Positions 49,180 through 62,275 of a stretch of 64,000 nucleotides of DNA are shown one piece after another (position 1 is the stretch's first letter; each line of letters starts with the position of its first letter). The notes beneath the pieces are model-generated. The model saw only the letters and a program-made list of their open reading frames with translations. It was not told the origin of the DNA and made no database searches. The stretch covers positions 1,226,143 to 1,290,142 of the forward strand of contig RDEW01000014.1 in assembly GCA_011109175.1 (NCBI GenBank), read 5' to 3'. This stretch comes from Dicyema japonicum (lineage: Eukaryota > Animalia > Dicyemida). A program made the position numbers and the translations under genes.

Positions 49180-52080
49180 AATGTCTGGAAAACACAGTTT
49201 CAAGCCATTGGACTTCTCCCTTCTCACGTTTAACGTCAGGGGACTCTCTAGCGTTTGGAAACGGAAGGAACTGGTCGAGGATCTTTCAAAATACAAGGTT
49301 TCAATCGCCTGCCTTCAGGAGACCAAAGTAATCAACGGGATCGAAGAACAACATGCGAACTTTTGACTAATCTTCCTTTTGGTGGAAACAAGCACTATGG
49401 GCTAGGATTTGCAGTCAGGAAAGATCTATCCAAGAGAGTCTGCAAATGTTACAATGTGAACGATAGAATCGGGGTGTTGCAATTGAAACTGGATGACCTC
49501 AACCCGTCGAAGAAATATCTAACTATAATAAACGTGTACGCCCCTCACAGTGGATGGCTTAATAAAAACCCTGAGGAGATTGATGACTTTTACACTAGTC
49601 TTTCTGCCGTTTTCTCCATGTATGCTCTCTCAACACTAGTAATGATCGCAGGAGACCTAAATGCGAAAGCTGGCACCCAGGTTACGACCGATGAGACATT
49701 CATGGGAAGGCATGGTAGGGGGAAAAGAAATCTCCCGGGAACTCTACTAGCTAACTTCTGTCAAACGAACAACCTATTTTTATGCAATACAGCCTTCATG
49801 CATCCAGCCAGACATAAATCTACGTGGTCGGGACACAGAACAAACCCCGAAGGGCGAGTGATAAATATGTACAACCAGATCGACTATATCATATGCAGGC
49901 AAAAAGATCGAGGAATTATACTTGATGCACGAGCTTATGGTGGATCGATTATCGACAGCGACCACAAAATGGTTATTGCTAGACTTTCTCTAAAGAGATT
50001 TATGGTACTACAAAGAACGAAACGGAAGCACATTGAAACCACAGAACCCAACTATAGACGTTATAATCTGGAATCCTTAATCAGTCAATCAGAAGGGGCC
50101 CTAGAATTCAAAGAATATCTGGATGCAGAACTAGAAAACATGCCTACAGATTTGCCGCCCGGAAAATCCTGGGATTTTGTAAAGCACTCAATACACAAAG
50201 GAGCCAATCTGCATCTATTGAAAGAAAATGAGAAAACCCCATCGCACAATGAAATTTCCACGGTGAAGGACCTTGCCAATAAACAGAAGACCATATGGAT
50301 GCTATATCAAAATACTGACGATTCGAACGTAAAATCAAAATTGCGGCTAGAAAGAAAAACTATCAAAGCAAAAATAAGAAAAACTATACGCCAGCATAAC
50401 AGAAATAAAGCACTGGACCAGATTAAGAAGATAGAATCTCTCAAGGACAACGCTAGATTTTACGAGGCTGTGAAACAGATGAAAGGAAATAGACCCCATC
50501 AACAGATAATGATAAGAGATGACAAAGGAACGCAAATCGTGGACCAAATGGAAGTGGCTGAAACTATCGCTGCCCACTTTGGAAAACTTTTTGACCCAAG
50601 GAACGACACTACCAACCTAGAACGAGGAAAATTGGACGAGGAAGTCACACCATATGAAGTTGAACTTGCGAGTTCCAAGTTGAAAAACAACAGGACTCCT
50701 GGCCCCGACGGACTCGCTGGTGAATTCTTCAAATATGGAACCCAAAAGCTGTATGAATGCATCGCTAAAATCCTGAATGAAATGTACTATTATGGTCACA
50801 CGCTGACCCTGGGAGAGGGTATCTTGATACCTGTACAGAAGGCGAATAAACCAAGATCAAAGGTGGAGAACCTCTGTCCGGTCATATTAATGAATTCACT
50901 TCGGAAAATTCTGGCGAACATAACATTACAAAGGATGGAAGGACGCCTAGATACTTTTCTGTCGCCATACCACAGCGGATTCCGAAAAGGAAGATCTACT
51001 TCCGATGTTTTGTGGTCCCACAAATGGAGATCTGCGGCCGTTCAAAAGTTCAAAATGTCTACAACCATCCTCGGAATCGACATTTCGAGGGCCTTCGACT
51101 CTGTCGACAGACGGAGGCTAATACTGGTTTTGGAAAGTTTCCTAGACGCTTCAACTGTCAGAATGACCACCACCCTCCTAGCTGATACTTGGCTCACTGT
51201 AAGAGTCGGGGGAGCCTTGTCTCGCCGATTTGAGACGACTGTTGGCACTCCACAGGGAGACCCATTATCACCTATACTTTTTGTCATATACCTTGAAGCT
51301 GCTTTACGGGAGTCAAAACCGATAATGGGTGAAAAGACAAACATTATTGCGTATGCTGACGACGTAGACTTTACTTCAAATGACAAAATACCGCTCACCC
51401 GCTTGATGGAAGAAGTGTCTGGAAGACTAGCCGAATGGTTCCTAACAGTAAATCCGGACAAGACTGACGTAACTGAACTCAAGAGGGAAGAAACAAGGAC
51501 AGAGGAGTACTGGCGCAAATGCAAAAAGCTTGGCTCCCTCCTAGGAGACCATGAAGAAATTACGAGAAGGAAAACCCTAGCACAAACTGCCCTCTCCAGA
51601 TTAAAGAACATCTGGCTTCACAAAAAGGGCCTTGACATTATAACAAAAACTCGATTATACAACTCGCTAGTGAAACCCATACTACTATATAACGCTGTTA
51701 CCTGGGCCTGCTCAAGAAATGAACTGAAGAGGCTTAATGCGTTTCATAGAGACCAATAACGGCAGATGATATTCGAAAAAAGTGACACGAGGATGTCATC
51801 TAATCTTCTTTATAAGAGGACGAAGACTTCAGAAATTTCTAATGAGATTCTGGATACACGATGGAGGTTTTTCAGCCATATTCTGCGACTGGACCTAGAT
51901 GCCCCCGCGAACGTAGCCATGGAGGATTACTTCTTGTTGGAGGCCCTCCGTTTCCGTGGTCGCTCAAAAATGACACTGGCAGTCGTTCTCGACGAGGACC
52001 TCAAAGAAATGGGACGGCATCTTGAAAGTGGAGAGGATTTTGACTGGTTGCGCACTGCGGCTTCGAATAGGAGGAAGGAT
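49180..52080 (+). mobile_element. Near-intact RTE-clade LINE (single APE-RT ORF; one frameshift at ~49365, one stop at 51757)
   Basis: TFNVRGL, CLQETK, GDLNAK, NQIDYI, SDH; PGPDG, GFRKGRST, IDISRAFD, GTPQGDPLSP, YADD, KLGSLLG, HILR, FRGR. Confidence 0.95.
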
Positions 52081-52084
52081 GTTA

Positions 52085-52412
52085 ATATTAATGTGGTTTT
52101 ACCTGGCTAATTGGATGAAGTTTCCTGTCTGTTTTGTCAGTTCATCTTCTTCCCCTGCCTACTAGAGTGGCGTCATGTGATCCTTTTCTCAGGTGGTGCT
52201 TAGTGTCAGGCAGGCACGAAAAAGGATTATTTGCTCTCCCCCACTCCACTGGAGGAGTTTCGACAACTGCAAAAACTGGATGTCTTTTAACTTTCATGCT
52301 AGTTCTGGGTGGACTTATGTAACGTTGAAGGACTTTTTCTGTGCCTTGGAAACTGGATGCACTTAATTAGTTGTGTACCTCTTTCTCGATGTATCCGGGG
52401 TTAAAAAATAAA
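52085..52412 (+). mobile_element. Vingi-like LINE 3' end adjoining the RTE 3' end
   Basis: Ends in LETGCT* then ..GTATCCGGGGTTAAAAAATAAA; homolog of 33895-34185. Confidence 0.8.
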
Positions 52413-53603
52413 TTAATTAAAAAATTAACGCCACCTGGAAATTGTTACTACAGAAGAAGTGAAACGAACCATCATGAAGTACCGAAGGGAGATCTTGGAT
52501 TTATCATTATTCAGACATTGAGTGAAATAGCAAACCTCAAGTTTCATATTAACCTCTTATTCGCATCTCTCGTCCAAATGAAAATGTATTCAGCACGTAG
52601 AAAAATTATTTTTCCAACGGAGGGATTGAAAATGAGAAAAAATAAATAAAAATTTTCTACCCTTAAAAATTTACTACGCTATTGGTCGGGAATTGAAAAA
52701 GAACCATTCACTTGTCTCCACAAGAAGACGATTCACCCCTCACGTCTATGCTGCCGCAATGTGTGAGGATCCCACGATTAATTAATTTAATTTTATAGTG
52801 GACTTTGAAATTTTTCATTTCATATCTGGTGACTTAAGCTGTTCAGAAGAAACGATAACAGACGACAACTTATCTTCTTTTTAGTGTTTTCTGAGATTGT
52901 TGAAAAAGACGGAAAATTGATAAAAAAAGACGTTAAGGCTCAATTTAATATTGATATAATTTCAAATCGCTTTTCGTACGCGTGTGATTTGTGGGGACCT
53001 TCATTATCATGGACGAATATTAAGAAAATCGAGGACAAACAAAAGAAGGTTTTTAGAGTCACGGAGCTGTGGACTTGTGGGAGACACAGAACCGGACCGA
53101 CTACTCTGGAGGTCATCATAAAACTAATCTCCGGCATGCAGGAAAGTGGCCTTGCANATTTAAAAATGACAATTCCAGTATTGTCAGAAGCTGAACTGGA
53201 ATTAAATTGTGGTAAATGCAAAATCTACAATTTTACCTTTCAGAAGATAAGTATTCAAAATCTGTGTCATCTTTCGCGAATTTACTACCTGATGTATTTC
53301 TACACCAGATGAAGATCTTATATTCCTCTGATCCCCTATCACCATAAAGGCAATGGCAAGAGCGATAGAGCTTAGATGGTACTAATGTCNGCATCTTGCA
53401 AGTGGAGAGGATCTGGACTGGTTGCGCGCTGCGGCTTTGAATAGGAGGAAGTGGATGAAACTAACCAGTGATTTGCTAATTCGTGTTGCACATGCTTTGT
53501 CAAGTCCTATGACATAGCGATAAGTGCTTATAATAATAATAATATCAACCAATATGAAAAAAAATAACACGCGAAATTCAAGTAGGCGTGGAATAACAAA
53601 ATA

Positions 53604-55300
53604 CAGTAAAGTCCCTCTAATTGGCAAACCCTTAAATTGACCAACATTATTAAAAAAACATAAAATTTATTTTTACTAATCTTTTTCAATTATTTTTTTT
53701 AAAATAAAAATTTAAAACTAAAAATTTTACCATGTGTTCGAAAGCTTCTCGTTGTAATTATACAAGGCTTAATTGTTTCTCAAAAACTCGAAATTTTGAG
53801 ATGTAAAGATGAGAATAATACTACATTGTGCCAAACAATCGCTCACAGATTTTCTGATTTATTTAATATTCGAATTTCAAGAAAAACCGTGAATAAAATT
53901 CTTAATTACCGAGAGTCCATATTAAAAACATCTAAAAATTATACTCCTTTAACAAATACATGCAAATTATTAAAATTTCCTGAACTTGATACTAAGCTTG
54001 TTGAATGGATGGAATTGATGGAATCTAAGGATATTTTTACTTTGTTTATGTTAGGTGCTATGTTAATATCAAATAAAGCACAAAATATCGCTAAAAAGTT
54101 ATCAATTAGTAATTTCAAGGATTCAAAAGGATTTCTAATTCAAAAAAGACATGGTTTTAGAATGCATGAATTACAAGGGAAAATGATTACTGACAAACAA
54201 CTTGATTTAGAAGGATTTGTAGATCACTTTGAAGAAATTTCTAAACATAATAAAAAAGACGAAATTTACAATATAGACAAGACAGGGCACTATTATAAAC
54301 TGATTCCGTCCAAGAGCATATGCAAAACACGATTTGGTGGATATAAAAATTTCAAAGATCGGGTTTCAATTATGTTATGTACAAATATGACTGGAACCCA
54401 TAATGTTATGATTTCAAAATCTAAAGTACCCAGATGTTTCAAAAATTAAAATTATTATCGCTCTAATAGAGCATGGGTGACCAGTTATATTTTTAATAAT
54501 TGGTTAATAACTTTGACAACGAATTGTTCCATCAAAAATTTGTTATTAATGGACAATTGTCCAGCTCATTGTATAAAATCCAAATTGGAGAACATTCAGA
54601 TATTATTTTTTCCTAAAAATAGTACAGCCTTAATACAACCTATGGATATTGGAATATTAAAACATACAAAGCTCATTTAATAGACATAAGTTGTTATAAC
54701 ACAACTATTGGAAAACAAAAACATTTCAGTTTATGAATCTTATAAAAAGTTAAATTCGAAAGACACGGTTTTTTTCTTACTGATGGCATGGGAAAATGTA
54801 TCAATTGAAACGTATTAAAATTGTTTCAATAAATTGCGTAAACAAGAAGTCCAAATGATTGGGGCAATAATATTACTGAAATTTTTAGGAAAACTGGCAT
54901 TTTGGACCATCTGGACATGGAAATATTCCTTGATATTCAACACCATGATAATGAAGCGATAATTAATGAATACGACGAAATGTTGTTATCGGAGGATTAT
55001 GAAAAAGAAAAATACATTGATGAGTGCGAAATGATAAATTCTGAAAAAAAAGACGAAATAATTGATGGAAGTAATAGAATTGCAAACAAAACTGAAATTT
55101 CAAATGCACTATATATTATTTAACAAAAAATAACAAATAATATCGAAAATAATAATGATGTAAAAATGATTTCCGCAATTAAGAGATACACTAAAAATAA
55201 TATTTAAAAAAATAAAAGTAAGCTTACTAATGGTTTTTTAAATAAATGTTTTTCTTCAAATTCCCAAATTAGCCCAAAATTGTTCCTGAACTATTTTGTA
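53604..55300 (+). mobile_element. pogo/Tigger (CENP-B-like) transposon with decayed DDE transposase
   Basis: TA|CAGTAAAGTCCCTC left TIR; KFPELDTKLVEW (HTH), YNIDKTG, KDRVSIMLCTNMTG, LLLMDNCPAH, QPMDIGI. Right TIR missing. Confidence 0.92.
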
Positions 55301-55453
55301 AATCACGCGTCCTCAAATCTTTTCCGGTAAATGAGGATACATCCAAAAATATACATGATTGGATGTCTCCGAATGCGATCCGAAGTGTTGGATCGAACAA
55401 GTTTTTGGCATCAATGTCAGTGAATCTTATTTTCCTCAGGAAATTCGGGGAAA

Positions 55454-58400
55454 GGAAATTTGGAATTCGGAAATCGATGACTAAGAATGCTTAATTGCGG
55501 CGTGATGCGGTTCACCTGTTGTTGTGGTGGCGCTCAGTGCAAGTTCTGCATGGAAGAGAACCGTTCTACTTTCCTTACCTTTCTGCGATCTTCAGAAGGG
55601 TGGCCTACTACTCCCCCGTTTTCTCTTTACTACTTCTGTCTGGTGATGTAGAACCTAATCCTGGACCCAACTGCACGCTGACTATTCTACAATTAAATGT
55701 AATTGGAATCCTTAATAAAGTTTAGGAATTACGATCCCTCTTACCCCATTTGAGAGTGAATATTGCCCTCATTCAAGAATCGAAGCTCTTTATAAAGTCC
55801 CCAATACCTTGTTTTCCTGGATATTGTGTACTTCGCAAGGACCGAACAAGAAGTTTCAGAGGAAAACTATTATTGACTATCGTTATGGATGGACTTAAAT
55901 AAACGAATGTCATCCCTTTTGTATCTTCTCTCAGCGAAGGGGATTTTATTCTGGAACAGATTTCTATTGAAGTTCCCTTTTCTTCGACGAGATGTTTTAC
56001 ACTGTGTAATGTCTATATCCCGCCTCAGGGGTCATGTACTACTTCCTACATCCCCAACCTATTGAGACTGTGTGGACTAAAGGATCTGTTACTATGCGGA
56101 GACTTAAATGCCAAACATCCACTCTGGGTCCGGACACAATCAGCCGACAGTCGCGGCGACTACATCCTTTCCATACTTAATGATTTGACTATCCTCAATG
56201 ACCCGGACACCCACACAAGGACCCCGTCCCGCAGAAGGGACACTCCAACATCCCCGGACCTGTCCCTCTGCTCTCCTTCTATGGCTGGATGTATTTCATG
56301 GAATGTTCGTTATGGTTTCTCAAGCGACCATAACCCCATTGTGTTGAGACTTAGAAGGTCTATTTGTTCACCGTGTTGATCTACAGTTCAAAAATTACTT
56401 GAAAGTTGACTAACAAGGTTTCAGGACGTATGTGGACAATAGTCTCCTTGACCTTACTATGGTTAATTGTAAAGTAGAGAAGACGGCCAAGATTCTGTCT
56501 GCTATCATTTTGAAAGCTGATAAACTAATTATATCTGTCGCCTCTTACAAGAAGTTCAATCCAAGAATATCATTGCAAAGTGTGTCACTCATCAAGAAAC
56601 GAGATGTGCTGAAGAGGAAAAAAACGCAGACAAATAACTCCTTCTACTCCATACGTTCACTGAATACCAAATTATCTGAGTTATCCGAACTAACAACATA
56701 CTCAAATGGAGCCGCCTAGTTGGACGACTATGTCACAAAAACTCTTGTGCCACATTTTGGAAAACGCTAAGAAGGATCAATAACCCTATCAATGAGAAAG
56801 ACCGCGGAACTGAGGCCGTTAATTGGAACGCTTCGGAACCCTCACGCGAACACGATTATGAAGTACTACGTATCGATCAGCCGTAAAGATTTTTCTCGGG
56901 CCGCAACAAGAACCGTATTCCACCTTCTTCACCTCCCATGATGTTGACAAGACTATTAAATTGCTACGCCCCACTCGTGCTTGTGGTTCCGACGGTATTT
57001 GTACTATTCATCTCAAACACCTTGGACCTCAGTCACGGGCCATACTATCTAGGCTGTACAGCGACTCTATCAACTACCATACGCTACCTAATATATGGAA
57101 GAACTCCTTGAATACGCCAATTCTAAAGCCTGGAAAAGCAAAAGACGTTCCCTCTTCTTACCGCCCCGTCTAAATAACTTGTGTTTTATCAAAATTGCTG
57201 GAAAAGCTTGTATTAATGCGTATCTCTCATGTTCTACATCTACCAGTATTTCAACATGGTTTCAGAACAGACAGTTCTACAACGACTCATTTGGGTTCTA
57301 TCTCCCAGTTTATTACTGATGGCTTCAACATGAGAACACACTTACGGACGGCCTTAGTATCCATCGATATACAGAAGGCCTTTGATTCTGTTACGAGAAA
57401 ACTCCTAACGCAAAAGATTTTTAATTCCAACTTACATCCGAACATCAAGCTATGGCTGCAGAATTTCTTAACTGGGCGACGCGGAATGGTCCGGATTAAC
57501 AAAACAACTTCAAAATCAAGATTACCCCCCAATGGGGTCCCGCAAGGCTCCCCTCTGTCTCCTCTCTTATTTAACTTACTTCTACACGATTTACTTACTA
57601 TCAATGATCAGGACACCATGTTTTTATCTTATGCGGACGACTTTATTATCGCTGCAAGGGACAAATCTCCCTCCAGGGCTGTGGCGGTGGTTCAGTCACA
57701 CTTCAACCAGATGTGTGACTGGCTATCCATAAATTTGCTGTCTGTGTCTGCATCCAAGTCTCAGTTCACGCTATTTACTACGGACAGAAAATTTAAAGGT
57801 AGGCTTGAAATATTCTCCGGAAACATTCCCATCCTTTATACACGAATCCAGAAAATACTTGGAGCAACTTTCGACTATCTGATGACGTTTGCCAGTCACA
57901 CGGAGGAGGTGTTAACCAAGGGTCTTCGAAAATGGAACGTCCAAAAAGCCATCGTAAAAAAGAGCCCCTTCCCTCCTACTGCTTGTATCAGCGAAGTATA
58001 TCTCCAAATTATTGCGCCGACGATTGAATATGCCTGTTCTGCCTGGAGATTCGCCATTCCTTCTACGAAGGTGGAGCGTGTGAATTCTATCAGACGGAAG
58101 ATAATGGGGCACATACAATCAGACTCCACATCCGTCCCCAGTCTGCTTTTAGAGGAGGCGACGGTGAGAAATGGCCAGGGTTTCTTACGTTTTTGCAAGG
58201 AACTGGAAAACCCATTCAAGGAAAAGTTGGCCCAATTCGGTAGGAATTTCGGTCGGTTATAAAAAAGTGCACGCCAATTAAATTCCTTTGCAAAAGAAAA
58301 AGAAGGCGTTTCCGGAATGCGGTTGGGTCGGAACTGAGGCCGTTACTTGGGTCATCAGAAGATTAGATGAAGAGAGTTCGGATGTTGTTGGAGGCTGAAA

Positions 58401-58457
58401 TCACCTAATTAGTTAGTTTTGACCTATCTTTTTTGGTGGTCTTGGGGTTAAACAATT
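55454..58457 (+). mobile_element. Full-length (~3.0 kb) Ingi/Vingi-like LINE with 2A peptide, APE and RT, no gag and no RNase H
   Basis: Flanked by AAATTCGGGGAAA (55441-55453) and AAATTCGGGTAAA (58458-58470). Motifs LLLLSGDVEPNPGP, ILQLNV, IQESKL, CGDLNAKH, SPDLS, SDH; QHGFR..STTT, DIQKAFD, GVPQGSPLSP, YADD; ends in EAEIT*. Several stops and frameshifts. Confidence 0.92.
55499..55564 (+). ncRNA. Candidate HDV-like pseudoknot in the LINE 5' leader
   Basis: P1 GGCGU/GCGCU, P2 GCGGUUC/GAACCGU, P3 ACC/GGU with 9-nt loop, P4 UGCA/UGCA. Same helix order at 21333-21390(-) and 63360-63428(-). Canonical catalytic C and P1.1 not evident. Confidence 0.4.
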
Positions 58458-58808
58458 AAATTCGGGTAAACCTAGCGCGCCTTCGCTCCGGTCATCATGT
58501 GGATGTGATCGCCTACCTGTAAAAAACCAGGCAGTCGTCACTTTGCCCTTCATGTAAACTTGATGACCAGGGGACAGATCACCAATTTCATGCACTTTGC
58601 CATTTTCTGTGTAATCCCTAAACGAGATCAACCTTTTTGGATCTCTGGAAACGTCCGTCATTGGTAGTTACGTTTTTGTTAGCCACCGGGTTCCTTCACT
58701 TGAAGGGAGCGGGGGTGAATAAATGATCAGCTGTAGAATCAGTTCAATTGGATTTCTGTGTAAGAATTAAATAGAAACAAAGTTATTGATATATTAGTGA
58801 ATTATATA

Positions 58809-60394
58809 TTAATTTTCTTGACTTTCCTCTGACTTTTTAAATTGCATCAAATGTTTATCAATTCTAGTTTTATCCTTGACAGAGACGTAGTTTTCATATA
58901 AATATTGTTGATTCTAATTCTCTAATATCAAATTACCTTAACGCACTCAAAAATATTTTTTATATCATCATTACTGAGCTCAATGTCCTCCACAACAGAC
59001 CATCCCCCGTTCTGGGAAAAAACAACAGGAAAATTAAAAACAATATTTTCAGGGACCTCAAACCACCCTAGCATTCAAAAAAATTATACCTTGGGAAATA
59101 ATCCCAATCGAATAAATGTTCCCGTCTCCTGAGCACAGCCACTGTTCCAAAATGTTAAGGATTTTATTAACGTGGGCCAAAGCACCTGATTTATTGCAAA
59201 CTAGGTTAGAAATGTCGCTATCATCGACCAACGATGTTTCAATCCACTTAAATTAACCCAGCCATACGTTTTGATCATACAAAACATCCTTCAAAGGTCT
59301 TCTAAAGTCATTCGTTGACTTTTGGATAGCTCCATCAGAATTCAATACTTTACAGTACTTGTAGCTGATGTAGAAATAGTTGTAAAAGTTACCCCAGTAT
59401 AAGAGGTCACTCACATTGGCGACTGGTACTTGGATCTTTTTTGCAATCTTATTACGAATCTTTTAAATAAAAATAAAAACTTTAATGTCTGCATTTCCGT
59501 TTATAGTGATAACGTTTGACCAGTAAAAGTAGCCATTGCTTGAGGAATAAAATATTTGGGCAAATAAATGAACATCACCGTCAATTCCACAGAAAACATA
59601 CTTTGTTGTCATTTTACAACATTTTTTACACAACATTGAGTATAATTCACACAGTTCCTTGCTGAATCCACCGACAAAAAATACAATGTCACTTCCAACT
59701 AAAACGTCATCAAGCTTGGTAGAGGTTAAGACTTTCCTTAAAGAGTCAAACCCAACATTTTCCAGGTCCTCTATTTTTTTCAATATTTCATCTTGTTCAT
59801 CATAAACATTTAGTTGGACATCCTTTCCTTTACATATTTTGGAGGACAAAAGTTCTTGGGCCAAAAACAGGCCTCCCTGGCTTCCTACATCCACAATTGT
59901 AATCACGGTTGGGTTTATAGTTTCTTTTTCAATTTTATACTAAAAATATAATTTTGAGACAACCTTTCTATCAGTCTCCAACTTCCATTCTAAATTTTCT
60001 TGGGCAATAAGCTTTATTCTTTCAGTACAGAGTGTACATTTAACATTATAATATTCGTGTGCATATTCTTGGAAATCGTTTATTCTAAAAATATATTTAA
60101 TTCATTTTAAATATTTAATAATAAATTACCCGCCAATTAAAATTATTTTTCCACCAGTATTTATTAACTCTCTGTATATTAGTGGAGAATGTTTATGACT
60201 CCATTTATTATCAGAACATATTTGAGTTAACCATTCCTAATTTAATAAACAAAATTATGTACATCCCATTGAGATTGTAATTTCTGTACTTTAGTGATAT
60301 GAAAGTCATCAAAGTTTGCTTTCAAATAGTCCCCTATATTTTCTGCAATCGTATAAAACGGACAATCTGCAATTCCTATTAAGTTATATTTCAT
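58809..60394 (-). CDS. MDH1B: Malate dehydrogenase 1B-like protein
   Basis: MKYNLIGIADCPFY..DYLKANFDDFHITK..WDEWLTQICSDNKWSHKHSPLIYRELINTGGK..LIGG..FQEYA..IAQENL..INP; later LYWGN, YSIGIISQGWFEVPENIVFNFPV. Seven GT-AG introns (21-26 nt, one of 45 nt). Confidence 0.92.
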
Positions 60395-60589
60395 TAATTA
60401 CCACAAATTACCAATTTTGCCATTACTTAGTTATAAATTTTTATTTTTTAATATATAAAATGAAAAACAAAAAATAATTACTTCATTTATTTTTTAATAT
60501 ATAAAATGAAAAACAAAAAATAATTACTTCATTTGGTTTTTAATATATAAAATAAACGTTAAGAGCGAATTAATACTCCTTCAGTTCCT

Positions 60590-61650
60590 TAAAAGTTTGG
60601 AAAAGCAGTCGACTGTTTGTTTGCGAAGGTCGGGGATTCTGCGAGTAATAAAAACAAAAAATAGCACTTGGCTACAATCGCAGGATATCTTGCCTCTAAA
60701 TATGCAATTGCCGACAGGGAAAGCATAGATATTAAGTCCCTCAAGGACACTCAGAGGAAATATTTGTTAAATAAAATTTATTGCAGAACACTACACTCTA
60801 TTTTGTTCAAATGTATTGATGAAACAATTGTCGATCTATCTACTTCCTCGGAATGGTTATCCAAGAAAAATAACGGCTCACTGAACGAAGCATTGTACTG
60901 TCTTTTGTAAGATAGGAATTTGTTTTTTGCACACACGGGGTCATTATGCAACTATTGTAAAAAAGCAGAACAACTGTTGATCATTTGGCCACTCAATGTG
61001 GTAAAATGCTAAACTAAGTGGTAAAGTGCATCCATCTTCATCTTTGTCGAATTTATGGAATCAAAAGAAGCAGGAAATTGAAAGGACATTCGGTTCAATC
61101 AATATTGACGAATCAAAATGTCGAAATCAGAGTTGACATGTCAATTATGACAGAAACAAAAGTCCAATTCAACAAACCTGATATTTTTGATTACAACAAA
61201 ATAAAGAAGAAAGTAACCTTAGTCAAAGTGGTCATTACCTCACAAGAACGACGACTAAAGCAAGTTGAAGTTGAGAAACTTCACAAACATGAATTGCTTT
61301 CAAACGAACTTTCGATGCTCTATGAATGCAAGTAAAGATTATTCCAGTGGTTTTGACATAAGTAGTTTTGACATGGAGCTGTGTCAAGATGCTTCAAAAA
61401 TCATATGGATAAATTATCTATTAAAGAATCAACGAGGACTTACATCCAATTGATTGTTTTGAAGAGAACGCTCGAAAGTATGCTCATTGAACAAAAGCAT
61501 GGGATACCCCTCTGCTACCTCCAAACTTTTGGAACTGGTATGCCGTGAGGACAACCCACTGGTCTCTAACGGAGATATTTCGACTGAATCTGATGTGGAG
61601 ATGGGGAGTAACAGGGAGTTTATGGCACACTCTTCTTCTAAGAGAAAAAG
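60590..61650 (+). mobile_element. R4/Dong-like LINE 3' part
   Basis: Close homolog of 15095-16310 (HLATQCGK, HSVQS, NKPDIF). Confidence 0.88.
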
Positions 61651-61699
61651 TGGGATCGAGGGTGGAGTATTGGGCCAAGTTGTCCAGATATCACGCTTT

Positions 61700-62275
61700 A
61701 CTCTCCAGCCTTTTAATGTCATGAATGATCCATCAAAACACATGAGAACATCAATCATGGAGTCAGACCCACTCCTGAAATTTGGAAGACCATTCGAGAC
61801 GTTTCAAGTGAGGGTGAAAGATCATCCGAGATGGATCACAACCAAAAGGACCATAAGAAGTCGGATGTACCCCCGATATATCTCAGCAAGCCGAAAAAGA
61901 AACTGGATATGCTCTACTGACTGAAAACGAGATAAATGTATTGAAAGCCATTAAAACAACCTATTCTAACGGACCTGATAAGATCCCAATGATCCTCCTA
62001 ATGAATCTTGGGGACTATAGAATCGCTGCATTAACGAATATATTAAACCACTCTATTAACAAGAATTATATTATAGTCTTATGGGAGCTTTCCCACTTAT
62101 GTACAATTTTGAAACACGGAAAAGTCAAGGATCCTGCTACATACAGACCTGTATCGTTATTGTGCTCGTTTTAGAAAATCCTAGAAAAGCTGGTTCTTGA
62201 AAAAATCAATAATTTTCTCCGGGACATGTCATTTCAACGTGGTTTCAAAACGGATAGGTATACTTCAACCCATTT
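61700..62275 (+). mobile_element. Vingi/Jockey-like RT fragment
   Basis: SNGPDKIP..DPATYRPVSLLC..LEKLV..FQRGF. Confidence 0.7.

Noticed and set aside
51042-51611. Long antisense ORFs over RT regions and SURF6 (e.g. 51042-51611, 14336-14713, 38937-39458)
   Set aside because: Shadow ORFs of sense-strand coding sequence with no independent motifs.
49255-51759. Bacterial RT system (retron, DGR, group II intron) or telomerase
   Set aside because: All RTs are linked to APE or restriction-like endonucleases with LINE architecture, in an intron-containing eukaryotic context.
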